From Carpediemonas membranifera BICM (taxonomy: Eukaryota > Protista > Fornicata): a stretch of DNA of 64,000 bases. The DNA is taken from NCBI GenBank assembly GCA_019828565.1, contig JAHDYR010000038.1, positions 450,735 to 514,734 of the forward strand, read 5' to 3'. The position numbers and the translations under genes are program-made. Numbering within the stretch: the stretch's first letter is position 1; each line of letters begins with the position of its first letter. The notes beneath the pieces are model-generated. The model saw nothing but the letters and a program-made list of their open reading frames with translations. It did not search any database and was not told where the DNA came from. This document shows, piece after piece, positions 11,101-21,900 of the stretch.

Positions 11101-11354
11101 ATCTGGCCGCCACCTCGCATGCTCGAAGTGTCAAGCACCTGCTTGATCTCGACCAGCTGCTTGAGGCTGAATTTGTTCGGAGATCTGACTCCATCAGCTC
11201 TTTCGTGGAGTGGTTGCAGTACGTTACTGCGGCGGGCACGACGTACATGGTCGTTGTATCGGGAGTCACGTTCCTATGGCTGTTCTTGCGTCAGCTCAGG
11301 CGAATTCGGGACTTCTCCCGGGCTTTCCAGCTGATATGGACTCATTTGTCGTAG
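5157..11354 (+). CDS. 2065-aa multi-pass membrane protein with N-terminal PocR sensory domain and TmcB-like TM/TPR region
   Basis: PocR pattern (F...AGV...VRDINGR...NSEICQ...GRQACRSS...CHCGF...ASVIHLDNVPVATFVVGG). Many TM helices. LYRRLHRKYPRD..V...Y..FLDSVMQD...A resembles the TPR segment of Dictyostelium TmcB-type proteins. Confidence 0.75.
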   Translation: MISRMAMAESSKEEEQRSSIMPRDQLDHERSFADLVEDIFSHVLAPEELELELPRLTRFLTYETDWLKTNPSGNSIASLFDPNSIDTIVRGFSQAAGVTALVRDINGREVTTCGWNSEICQRLFLDHEEGRQACRSSNPRFGSMATDRYIVGPCHCGFMSEGASVIHLDNVPVATFVVGGVTTLPHRSSQTLKEMVRAAADAAGVDMEDAVTMFGRTRHMPPDDLDRVCQSGLKLCQFLSQQISINNEARNEARAVAIHEQAQQLLHVRGKQGWVERFHSTFFDPNKTTKPWNAPVTSVLFFHSFMMPVLAGMVVAGAKSDLWRPILDWFSLLVVPANTDLVKFYYTPFISWAFLLFFVIVPFMVTYPASRHGYDRISNIGRTILRLGSLCHIYVLLVPMYCSMGYYLFLPPVYTMIAANMTTALNIVLLVVLSVTFIAVGTAFNIVQSSAVASPPLWFSLYRSKWPSLSVGTMVTQLLSGAAVSLASIRLHVFQSDEKLTYLLYNALVGVLGCVVSTFLMINAIYSMPVSTAGSTVTVAAMASSIVACFDIAILSIARMPLAGEQSDTFAHIAVAFGATSALLVPLVTLGSIIRLRYCEQLVFSVILGENRVSTKPLDVLRTVIFHPRQRKAILRELASRKPEPIAKPDLGYLSAVTIELGTRPIREYDKTSNKHYSSNTAERASMARLATDLLSRTCETYSKDTTLPLKMAMIKLALDSPDTIDGGKKLWAEVKDNYFSEMTPTNRMVVVGMERFIEHMTFIHAFDGEDKASAYLSTQKMLADAREQHLRTLVRMSKLWPLLIATQLNISAFATLVKQAGDSAFRAGRLYRRLHRKYPRDELVREWYCLFLDSVMQDHTAAQRIRANSVGSDASTVAASSVPDSVSSVGSGFGPQSTSGRATAPISVMAISVVSSVLIIVLQLAIGGILQGITYLHEYEITTIAELHDASLAIQWGTIGATSCSMEDSSAYFPAGWDDTARTLTWASTLIEDSGSRLKAVESIFGRLDNLVVHGQDATPVRLKVSSSSLSTLTSAVKDAIDDVLSASGDATSSEASLKSLVYNGGRIALPVFKTVLTTISAYLRLSLAWTLLLFVLLIAIEVAALTTLSFWLSTRVFPSVIRSSSRVMGRCVNASEMQVRRKIRLTLIARERFKDINLAEDDDFVRHAGLIASATEQNGLGLDSADSGEESPDIVDDSPREHEAGADSDPTLLDSPTTRRVAFAAQDEIVLDSPPLDPGSSSSDKLSSDRLDMYDSAAESDSPAVSDISSLDAFIQAVGSDLGTDSIEYPDSPPVSAEKLKIMTQQRQRSRLCRIKLSVRRMSMFARSFDFHAVRLVLAVGLFVVFIISEIVLLGANVSFHYGPGGVWEERERYLAVETYPLVQDEGVMDFHIPRFIMGSVDSSRYFRQCILDSAMTSALEAYTTAPSIGGGDSMAALIENMMGRRMNHKVAVILAAYGYGLTAMDVPEFTWDYNAETNSASDTETYGRTLWYSDKASDLALNRTQQLAIAQAIIYDSKLTDELRSGTDAILTLADSVAAKLDPIVADSWQMDLVTYATMPAIQLALLVAVLIALNACVREHRVSSYVNVALLLAAAMIGAHLIVQIGHVVLVDVVFDANKVIKETTSTRYHLSHVIAGVMAELYATQRMLAVQSPASIADAYQAQNTAASAIAQFEELGLSDTPSLGLVGTAAAIHHAAGVAASLALSVIDPDDGSFRDVTWNIASGRTRDTGRFTNNTYDMTLSDTTKLDMAWNLVLSDGIVASDVSKILAFGAELHEVKQRSAERTIRLGKTVLGMTQLGSIFVFTTPILAASIAFILPGLVVSFTAHSSLNPSSKAATELSRQIRPLFQDCLTVLGVFALLGALPFALVIVGNVAIIIMDRNLASIALLDSTALSAAARAMIAQTGPSYHTAPVTEAMESLAESLPSLFANKYASPITWLAAREGNFSDVPRHFSRYLSDIQMFSSIAEGHDNVTYLAATSHARSVKHLLDLDQLLEAEFVRRSDSISSFVEWLQYVTAAGTTYMVVVSGVTFLWLFLRQLRRIRDFSRAFQLIWTHLS

Positions 11355-11594
11355 GACTAACTGTAATGTAATTGTAGATTTGTGCTAAATATCTTTTTCG
11401 AACGCCTGTTTGCGTCGGCAATATGCTGTTGCTTGAAGATGAAGATAAATTCACATCGGGTCACCCAACATCATGGGTTTAGATTCGAAGGCTCCCGCCT
11501 CGCGGCAATGAGATTGGCACCGTGGCCGGTTCGTCACAGAGACTGGGCGATCGTCCAGTACGTCGGACAAAACAATAATCTCTCCTTATATCTC

Positions 11595-14500
11595 TCAGCA
11601 GCTCTCATCCTGGCTTGACACGGGACCCCCATCGCTTGTGCCCGCTCCGAAAGACTCGGTCGGCAGGGCTCCGGCATCGACCTCGCTGTAGTGTGTCGCG
11701 TGTGAGTCAAATTCATCCGAGACAGACTCGAAGGAAGGGTCGTCCGACTCAGTCGACTCGGTCGAGTCATATGGAGTCAACTGCGGGTAGACAAGCGCTT
11801 GGGTGGGGAGAGATGCTTGGGAATCCAAAAGAGGTCCTTTCATGTGCCCTCGATCGCCTGTGCGCAGTCTTCTGAACAAAACGTGGGACGCCTTGCCTCC
11901 AAAAGGAAGGGCGACGCAAGGAAGGCAGGACGTCACAACACACGCAAAGCAAAGAGCAGCGATCACCCCAGCCGCGCCTACAGCGATAACAATAACGGTC
12001 AGCCACGGGATCCCCGTGTCAACAATAAACTGGCCTTCGAAGACGGGGACAGAGTCATAAAGAAGAACGACGGAAACAATCCCGTCGTCCTTGGAGACCG
12101 GGACATCAGTGTGTGCATCAATCACGAACGAGGGGAAAGCAGGGCAGACGCGGCCCTCGTTGGGGCGGGAGGGGAGTGCCACGCCGTTGAGCTCAAAGGT
12201 GTATCGCGTGACATTGCTGATCTTTGCGGTCGAGGCTTGGGCGGTCATGGGGAAGCCAAGGCACACCGTGTCGCTCGAGCTTGACACATGCTCGCCATTG
12301 TCATCGTACATCTCGAAGGTCATTGACTGTAGCATGTCTGCCGTCAGGGGGGCTTCTGCGATACAGAATATCGTGCCATCCCAAAACTGCGCAGCGGTCG
12401 TCACGCTCATCTCACCAAGATAGCTGGCCTCGAGACTGGCGGCGCAGGACCCGTTGACGGCAGGCGTGCGGGCAGTCATCGTATCGCTGAACCAGACTTC
12501 AGACGGGACGTTGTACTCGACTGGGATGGCGGGGACGGTGACCTCAATCGTCATCGACCCGCCATCTGCGAGAGTCACAGTCATCGTGGTCGTCCCGTTC
12601 GCAGTCGGCCCGATGGGCACGTAAGTGGCCTCGCCCGTGTCCTCGTCGATGACTGTGGCGCCAGACTGGCCAGCGATAGTGACGTTGGTGACTTCCATGC
12701 CGTCGACTGGCTCAAATACGACATTGTTGTGTGATGATTGGGCGATCAATGATGACCCATCGACCGCAAGATACGTCAACGTGAGATCTCTCGAAAAACT
12801 TCCATCAACACAGTTGGTAGCGGTCAGCGTCGCCGTGTAAGACGACGGGGTCGACCCGTCTGGTGTCATGATCAGCGCGGTTTCATTGACAGTCGCCCAG
12901 GAAGGTGCTCCGCTGAGCGCGTATGTTATCTCACAGTCAGTCCAGGCGGGGACGACTGAATAGCCGAGCGAGTACGCCAGTGTGCTGTCTGCCTGCCCAA
13001 TTACGTGAGCAGAGATGAACGAGGGGGGTTCGGTCACGCCGAACAGCTTGAGTGTCGCGGTCGTCGTGTGCGATTCCCCGCCAGCAGTAAACGTCACCGT
13101 GAACGTCGGACTGGTGACGGGCTGGGTGCAATTCAGCTGGAGACTAGTGCTGTTCAGCGCACATCCAGTGGGGACCAGCGACACAGAGACATCCGTGACA
13201 ACCAGATGGGCTGTGTGGTTGGTGAGCGCCGTCATGCTGACAACACTGGAACCTGATATGCCAACTACATAGTCCATGTGGTCGGCAACACACCCAGTGA
13301 AATCAGGGGTGCCGGTAAACTCGTCGGGGCAGGTCAGCGGCTCGGCCCAGGCCCCACTGACGGGCGTGTACTGGCCGGGGGTGGTGACGTTCTTGCACTC
13401 GACCTGACCTGTCTCGTCCTGGAATCGGCCTGAATTACACGCGACACAATCCGTGTGGTCTCGTCCTGGTACTGGCCGATGCCGTCACAAGGGAAGCGAA
13501 GGAACCTTACCTTACGTCGCATAGTACCCGGCCTCGACAACTGTGCATGACGTCGCGCCACCCGCCCCACCGAGGGAGTATGTTCCGAGGACAGTACATC
13601 TGACCTGGGACGTCCGGTCGGCGGGTGGGACGTAGTAGCCGGGGTCAGCTGGTGTGCAGGACGCGGCCGCAGGGTCACTGGAGAAGTAACCTGGCGGGCA
13701 CTCGAGCTGCTGGGAATGGTCGGAGGGGTCGACGTAGAACCCGGGGTCTGCGGCAATACAGCTGGTCTGGCCTACTTCCGGCTGGTAGTATCCGGGAGCG
13801 CACTCGGTCATGACATTGGCGTTGCTCACGTTCGTGAAGAAACCGGCAGACGCGTTGAGGCAGATGGAGTCAGCGAAGCGGGAGAACGTGCCAGGCTGGC
13901 AGGGCGTACAGGCGGGGTAGACTCCGTTCGTCCCGGCCCCGCAGTTAGACAAGGCAGCAGTTTGGACGCCGATGTAGTAGGTCCCGTGGTCGTATGCCGG
14001 CTTGTTCTGGCTGGATACAATCGTGCTCCCATGGCAAGCAACAGCAGTCGCCCCGACAAAAGCGTCATACCAGCTACCGGCGATGCGGTCGTCAAGGACC
14101 CAGCCATCGCCGACGCTGCGGTAGACGTAGAGGTAGCCTGAGTCCTGGAACTCCTTGCCGTATCCTCTATGATCTGACACGACGACGTCGGGGCCGCAAA
14201 AGGCGACAGTCTGGCCGAATAGCTTGATCTCTGCGTCCTGGGTGCCGTTAATTGTCATATAGCTTGGAGAGATGGCCGCAATCTCTTCAAGGGTGGCTAT
14301 TGAGAAAAGCACCACCTGCTCGGTGACAGGACTGCCCACAGCTATGACAGTGCCGTTTGAGGCGATGCTCGTGATTAAACTAAAGCCTGTAGTGCTATGG
14401 GTCAGCCCGTATGCGGCGGTTGGGACCAGTTCGTGGGTGAACGCCTGCACTGAGAAGAAGCCGGTGATGCCGTCACGATATGACGCGTACACATGATGCT

Positions 14501-16408
14501 CATCAATAGTTACATTCTGTCCCATATACGAATAGGTCATGCCGTCGTACTTGCGGTAGAAGACTGAGCTTGGGTCATCACCCCTGACTGAGACAACCAT
14601 AACACTCCCGTGGCTGTGGCTGGTGTCGTCAGTAGCCGCTTCTGGGTCACCGATGACAACGATGGAGCGATCGCCGACCTGGACTGCGGCCGTCTGGCCC
14701 TCGGCGAAGCTGGAGCTGATCCCGTCGTTGCTCCCGGTAAATGAAAGCGTGGCCACCTCTGTGGGCTGGGCAGAGTGTGTTAGAATGGCGATGCCACCAA
14801 CGTAGTCGTTGTTGACATAATCGTAGTAGCTCTCGGTGATAAATATGTGGCCTTCAGTCGTTGAAACCTGCGTAGAGTACCAACCATTGACTTCAAGACC
14901 CGGGATGCTCGTCTTGTTGATAAATGCTCCGGTAGTGGCGTTGAAAAATACCAGGGGGGTGTGAGTTCCCGAGGCGAGGGCGATGATGAGCGTAGAGTCA
15001 ATCGAGACGCTGTCAATGCGGTCTTTCTGCAAGCCACTTGCATTTTCGTCGAGGGTGAAGGGGGTCGACGCGTTCACGCAGGTCCAGCCCTCCTCGTGAG
15101 TCGTGAAGCCGGCAGGGCAGGCCAGCTGAGTGGTGCGGTTGTACGGAGGGGCGTGGTAGCCGTCGTCGGGGGCGAGGCAGGCTGACTGGCCAACGGAGGG
15201 CTGGTACGTGCCGCGGGGGCAGGGCAAGCAGGCTGGGTCGAGAGCGCCTGCGAAAGTACCAGCTGGGCAAGCTCGCATCCAGCGGCGTCTTGATACCCAG
15301 CTCCACATTCAGAGTACTCATACAGCCCAGACGGCCGACCCCCAACAAACAGCGTCGTGTCCGTTGTCTCAACACTGCCTCTGCCATAGTTATTAGCTTC
15401 GTCGCCGGTTGTCTGAAACAAGACTTTGAAGTCACCCGACGCCTCGTCGAGTCGATAGACGAAGACAGTGACAGCCACTGCGGTAAACCTCGTCCCAGTA
15501 ATACTGCGCCCCAACAGCAATGGTGTTGCTGGTGACTGCCAGCTCAAAGCCGAACCAGGAATCATTGGGAAAGCCTGGGGCAGCGAGGGTACTCATGTAG
15601 GTCGGGCTAGTGGAATCCGAGACATCGAAGACGGCTACACGGTCGGAGACAACAGCACCCGACCAGGAGCTTTGATGGCGATCACTCACTACAAGCCAAG
15701 TGCCTGACAGGGCGACGACAGGGGCGTCGTAGAGACCTGGGACGGCACCCAGCTCAGCCCCAGTGGAGTTGTACAGCGAGACCTGCCACAAGGAACTGCT
15801 CACACGAAGAGAGAGAGCGAAGACGCCGTTACTGGCGGCAATGGCGCAGTTGTCGCCGACTGTAGTTGCTTCGGAGGGCATGACGGAGAATGACTCAACC
15901 CAGTCGCCTTCCACGAGCTTATAGAAGACATAGCCGTACTTCTTCTTGTATCCAGTTGTGGAAACCTGCAGGCTGGCCCCTATTGTGCCGTTGTCAATGG
16001 CCACTTGCGCGCCGAAGAAGACCGCCGACCCGTCGGTGAGGCTGGGTGCGGCAATGACGGCGAAAGTACTACTGATAGTAGTGCCGGTTCTGTTGTGCAC
16101 GTGGAGCTCGCCTGGGTTCGAGGACATGTCGCTCTGGATAAGACGGTGGAGCGTGTACAAACGACGACGAGGTGGGTGTCCGAAATGGCGATGGGATGCT
16201 GGGCGTATGAATAGAAGGAGGTCGCTACACTGTCCACAAGCGTCCAGCTGCCGTCGATGCGGCTGTAGCTCTCGATGAAGTCTGTGTTTCCGTTGACCCG
16301 ATGCCCGAAGAGGGTATCGTCGCTGGAGAAGGTGCAGTCGGAAAAATCAACAGACTGATAGCAAAAAGAGCTCGCTAACACTGTTAATAGAAGAAGCAGT
16401 GAAAGCAT
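11595..16408 (-). pseudogene. Disrupted cysteine-rich surface protein (signal peptide, FG-GAP-like propellers, CxxGxYQ repeats, TM)
   Basis: Coding pieces in several frames join into one paralogue of the 53348 gene. There is a 29-nt intron at 16134-16162. Frame breaks near 15470, 15273, 13512 (stop) and 13455 have no usable splice sites. Confidence 0.75.
16134..16162 (-). other. Spliceosomal intron, 29 nt
   Basis: GTTTGT...TCCAG. Removal joins DTHLVV to SDMSSNPGELH in frame. Confidence 0.75.
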
Positions 16409-17689
16409 TGCAGATTTGAGGCAGAATCTCGTGAGAGTAATATCGTGACAGCGGCAAAAATGGTCGAAACCGGCTGAATTTGAAGATGGGAAATGATATG
16501 CTGGACAATGCCATGCACAACACTGTTACTCCAATGCAAGGCATTCCCATCATACTTGTCGCCCTCATCAGACAACCGTCGGCCAACCGCTTCCTCAGAG
16601 GGCAAGTGAAAGCCAGAGTGCGTGTATGTCCATGAGTTGTCACCATTCGAGGACCAGAGCCACGCTGGAATAACTGGAACTCCGACGATGGAGGCGCATC
16701 AAGAGAGGCCCGAGTCTACTTATAGCGAGTTCTGCACTGGTTGCTTGCGCCAGTTCAGCTGTATGGTGGCAGACTCGCGATCTTCTGGATCTGTCTTTCA
16801 GAATTCCCAAACTCGAAAAAAAAGTGGATGTGTTATGAAAGGTACAGAGCGCTATGTGGACTACAATGACCTCTATAGTCGATGTATCCGGATGTGTTAA
16901 TGCTTTTGAAGGCTGGATGCAGAGTTTGGGGATAACAACGGCAATGACGCCATAGAGCCGCAGCTTGGCGATCAATCTCATATCTATGCGTCGTACTGGC
17001 GCATTAAGAGCGCTAAGTAGGTGATATTGGCTTCTTTTTGCAGAAACTTGATGCTTCGACGATCCGATGCCCTCGCAAGTTCCACCACCGTCATGGCACC
17101 AGGATGACAGGCGACGGCCGTCGCTCACGATGTGCCTGGCATCCTCCCATCTCTTGAGTCGACTGCCACGGCTTTGCCACAGATAACAAGCGAACAAGCG
17201 AAGAGCTGGGAGGATGCCCTGCCGCACCGTTTACAGCGAAGTGAAGCCGCATGCTGGAGCAGCAACTGACCTTGTGCCCCGTGATGTGATGGCTATTTTC
17301 CTCCTCGGCCTTTTAGCGTGGATCGCTTGTGTGATGGAAGAAAGCTGTGTCTTGATCACCAGGTTATGGCGCGCCAGGACCCGTGATGGTGTACAGTGGA
17401 AAGTTACCAACTATCGACACAATGGCTCGACACCAGCAATTTCTTCTTCTTCGATGGCTTGCCCTTCCCGAGAGGTTGCGACTTCGGTGGCATGCCGGTC
17501 GTTCTCTGAGTAGGCCACGGGAGAAGCCCTCAGCGAGACTACCAGGCGTTATGCATGCCCCAATGTCACTGATCTCTTCAGATCGTCTTTGTTTTCTTGA
17601 TTCTGATTGATACGAAAGTAGGATTGAGTGCATCTGACCACAGGATTTCGTGTCTCGGATTCCAAGACATCAATCGTCAAAGAATAGTC

Positions 17690-18269
17690 ATGAACTTCAT
17701 CGTTGCTCTTCTTCTTGTTGCAATTGCCAGCTGCGTCGTCATCCAGCCACTTACCTTCCCCACGATGGGTGAGATGCTTGCTGTTGGCGAGAAGCACAAT
17801 ATCACTTGTTCGTAGCGCTCGTACAACGTCACACAGGGGACACTGGCCACTACAGTGGCGACTCCGTCTCCATCTGGATCAACTTCAACAGCACCGACGC
17901 TCAGGACCAGTTCGAGAACACCAACGGCAACTTCGTTCGTCACACATTTCTTTGATCACACAGACCTGCGTCGAGAACGACGGCTTCCAGGACCTCGATA
18001 TGACCATCCCGACCGACGACATCCAGAAGGTCGTTGACGAGATCACCAAGGCTTTCGGCCTTCCCGACGTCGACATGACCTGGGTCATTGACTCCCTCAT
18101 CTCCACGATCAACGCCATCCCCATGGACGAGCGCAACATGACCATCTCCATCACCCCCTGCAACCAGAACGACGTCGTCTACTTCGAGTCCTACGCCTAC
18201 CTCTCGGCTGCCCCCAAGGTCTTCGTCGCCCTCGCCACCGTCCTCCTGGCTATGCTCTTCGTGTTCTAA
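17690..18269 (+). CDS. Small secreted, probably GPI- or tail-anchored surface protein, 3 exons (17690-17807, 17837-17934, 17964-18269)
   Basis: Signal peptide MNFIVALLLVAIASC. Removing two 29-nt GTTCGT...ACACAG introns gives a continuous frame (..KHNITWDTGHYSGD..NGNFTCVENDG..) that ends in a hydrophobic C-terminus. Confidence 0.85.
17808..17836 (+). other. Spliceosomal intron, 29 nt
   Basis: GTTCGT...ACACAG. Removes an in-frame TAG and restores the frame. Confidence 0.85.
17935..17963 (+). other. Spliceosomal intron, 29 nt
   Basis: GTTCGT...ACACAG. Restores the frame into the 17703..18269 ORF. Confidence 0.85.
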
Positions 18270-18583
18270 GTCGTAAATATGTGATGCTTCCGTCGCCGGT
18301 GTGATACAAGGTGGAATCGATTGCTTCGATGACCTTCGAGGGGGGTTAGCTCTTCCTCTGCTTAGTGCAGGCTATTGGCGCTGCAATAGCCAGGAAATGC
18401 TGTTCCCCGCCGAGATTCAGCATACTGCCAGGTCGCGCTAAACTGCACGCTTCGCTGAAGACAGTGTGACGCCGTCATCGTGACTGATTCGCAGAATAAG
18501 GTCGGGATGTGCAGTTTAGTGCAAATGCTGCTAGGTCCCCCGTTAGAGTCCAGTCAGGTCATATAATCCAACCAAATCGGTGT

Positions 18584-18960
18584 CTACACTGTATTCGAGC
18601 TAGCATTCATCCTGTTGACCATGTTCCCCACAGCCTTCCTCAGTTGCCACAGCTCAGCCATGGCGGCCTTCATAGTTGGCTTTTCCACCGGTTCCTGGGC
18701 CCACATCCTCTCAATGAGGGTCTGCATGTCGGACAGCTGGGCCAGGGCCTGACGCCATCGTTAATCTTCTTCATCGCGGCGAAGCCTGACTTCTCTCCCG
18801 CGAAGGGTAGTTCCTCGGCGAAGAGGGCGCACAAGCTGTCCCGGGAGCATTGGAAGACGAGCCACGCTGTGGCAAATATGCCTTTACCAAGTTTTGCCCG
18901 CTGAGTCGACCCCGATTGTCACTCACCCTGCCCTGCCACCAGTTCATATCTTTCCTTCAC
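18584..18960 (-). pseudogene. Protein kinase remnant (subdomain I joined to IX-XI; catalytic core deleted)
   Basis: Manual minus-strand translation gives ERYEL.. / KLGKGIFATAWLV..LCALFAEELPFAG..AMKKINDGVRP / MQTLIERMWAQEPVEKPTMK, with frameshifts. No VAxK, HRD or DFG. Confidence 0.7.
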
Positions 18961-18985
18961 ATAAATCCGCTGTATTTACCACTGC

Positions 18986-21900
18986 CTACTCCCTCACATG
19001 CTCCAGGAGGCTCATCTGTACGTTCATGCCCGCCAGCTCGTGGGCGAGGTAGACCAAAATGTAGGGCAGGCTGACCCACCTAATGCTGCGACTGCGGCAC
19101 AGACGGCAGTAATGCCCGGCAGCCTCGTTCCCGATGGCTACGACATTGCCGCAGTCCTGGCAGATGCGGTGCTCGCTGTAGTCCGAGCTCATAAAGGTGC
19201 GGTCTTGAAGCATATAGGCGACACCGTGTGAAATGAGCGAATCACGCTCCATTTCACCAAACCGGATACCACCGCCGGCCTTACGACCCTTGATGGGCTG
19301 GCGTGTGATCTGGTTCACCGGCCCCGTTGCCCTCACCTGGTACTTATCGCTGACCATGTGCCGGAGGCGCTGGTAGTAGACGACACCGATGAAGATGTCC
19401 GCGACGAGCTGGGTGCCGTAAACGCCGCTGTACATGGTCTCAGTGCCGTAGTGGCTGTACCCTGCGGCTCTGAGCTCCTCTCCGATGGCCTCGGAGGCTC
19501 TGTTCACCTCATCGTACTTAAAAGGCGTGGCGTCGTGCTTAACGGCATGCAGGCACGACGACTTGCCAGCGATCGACTCCATGAGCATTCCAATAGTCAT
19601 ACGGGAGGGGAAGGCGTGAGGGTTGATGAGGCAATCGGGAACGATGCCGCTCTCCGTGAAGGGGAAGTCCGTGTGGGGCCAGAGAACGGACAGGACGCCC
19701 TTCTGACCATGACGGGAGGAGAACTTATCACCGATCGTTGGCCTCCTGATATGACGGAGCTTGTATCTCGCCGTGACGAGGTCCTTCGTACCGTGGCCGA
19801 GCAGACGGACGTCCTCGACGATGGCGTCCTCGCCCTTGTACTTCTTGAGGTGGAACTCGCCAGTGATTGTGTCGAAGATGCAGGCCATGGCGTCTCCGCT
19901 GACCAGACGCTGGCCTGGCATGGCAAGTCCGTCCACGTCGAGCGTGCTACAGAACTTGGCACCAGTATCAGGCACGACGTTGGAGAACCGCTGGGTGGAG
20001 GCGGAGCGGGCCCTCTTGTCGACGAGGGTGACGTCCTTGGTGACATAGACAGTACCCGCGAACATGCCGCGATCCCACGCGCCCTGGTTGATGATCATAG
20101 CGTCCTCCATATCGTAGCCCGTGTACGAAAGCACGGCGACGACGGCGTTAGTGCCATGGGGGTACTCGTTGAAGCCGTACCTCCCCTGGGCATCCGTCTC
20201 TACGACGGGGAGCTGGGGGCTCTGGATGCGGTACATCTTGTTGTCAGTACGGTATGGGAAGGAGTGCACGGGCGTCGCCATCGTCTGCTTGCCCATGACG
20301 CACTGGTACATGCAACGGGGCGACTGGTTGTAATCTGAATATGGCGTGAGGGCGGCGATGACGTCGAGCATCTCGGTCGGCGTAATCTCCATGTGGGTCG
20401 TGTCAGCTCTGATGTCGTCTGGGGTGACCGCGATGTTCATGAACACCTGCTCGAAGGACCCGATAAACTCGTAGGCGTTGAGACCGAGGTTGAGCACAGG
20501 GCGGGAATACCGGGCCCGGCCGGAGAACATGGCCAGCATCGCCATCTGACGCGGCAGTGCCGGGTCGACGGCGCCGATCTCGAGGTGGGGTGGGATATTG
20601 GCCTCGCCGCGGACTTTCATGACGCGGAGAGTGCTGACAACGCGGGGCAAGAGGTTGTGGGCGAGGTGACCGATGACTGCACCGTCGAGGAGGACAGGGC
20701 AGTGCGACTCGACCGGGAGGATGAGCCGATCGCCCAGTGGGACCATACCGAGGGATACGAGGACGTCGGGCACAGCGCTAGTGTCCTCGTTGACGAGGGT
20801 AGGGATGCAGCCCTGGGCCAGGTGGCAGGCCAGACCGCACGAGGGGCCGTCGGGTGTGTGGATCGGGCAGAGGAAGCCCCAGGACTCGGGCAACAGCCGA
20901 CGGACGGTGACGTCCTTGGAGTCGACGAAGAAAGAGCCTCTGTGGACACCTCTAAAGTGGGAGAGGTAGCGCTGGTAGTTGAGCTTCTCCGCAACGATCG
21001 AGAGGCCGGCCACCTGGAGCAGGTCGAGGCCTGACCGGGACACGAGGTTGCCTGTAGCCAGCAGGAACTGAAGCTTCTGTCCAATATCGAAGCCGTGGCG
21101 CCTTCCGACGTCTCTGAGGGCCTGTACAGAGGCCATGTCGACCGACGCGTGCCGCTGGGAGTGGATGAGCATGCCTCTCGACACGGCATGGAGCCACTCC
21201 GTGAGCTGCTCCTTGACGAACATGGCCACGAGGTTACCCGGCATCAGAAGCTCGTGAGCCATCGAGGTATCCATGGAGTCGGGCATGACGGTGCCCTGCG
21301 CGAGGCCGTACAGCTTGCGGACCATCTGCACGAGCAGGTTGAACTTGTCGCGGTACGAATTGAGGTGGATGAGGACGAACTGATTGATGAGCTTGCGGCC
21401 GACGTCCGCGTCAGTGTGGCGGGAGCCCAGGCGCATGACAACGCGGAACTTGGAGCCGATGAACGCAAGTGCTTGCTCCTGGGTGAAGATCTTGTTCCCG
21501 TGGGAGTTTGTGACCATCTTGAGGATACGCTCCGAGAGGAACGTGTTTTCGGGATCAGGGCCGACGACGGCGTCGTAAATCTCCTGGTCGGTGACGGGTA
21601 CGAGGGCCCGCATGAGGAGGACGAGGGGGATAAAGTACTCCTGCTTGTCGAGGATGATACGGAAGCGGGAGGAACCGTCAGTGAGGTAGTGGAGGACGTT
21701 GGTGGTGGACGTCTCGTCGGGCATCACACAGCGGATCATGACACCATAGGGCGTGTAATCCCGGCCACGCTTCTGGAAGGCGGAACGGTGGACGGCAAAG
21801 GGGTAGTGGCGACGATTCACTACAAACATGCGGAGACACTTCTCGTTACCGTTGACAATGAAGAAGCCACCCTGCTCGCGACGCTCCTCGTGCTGGGCGA

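Noticed and set aside
15478-15488. 11-nt GT...AG as an intron repairing the frameshift
   Set aside because: Removal does not give the required frame, and it is far shorter than the other introns.
16622-17633. Several ORFs of 75-195 aa on both strands
   Set aside because: No motifs, no consistent coding bias and no convincing splice model; left as intergenic or decayed sequence.
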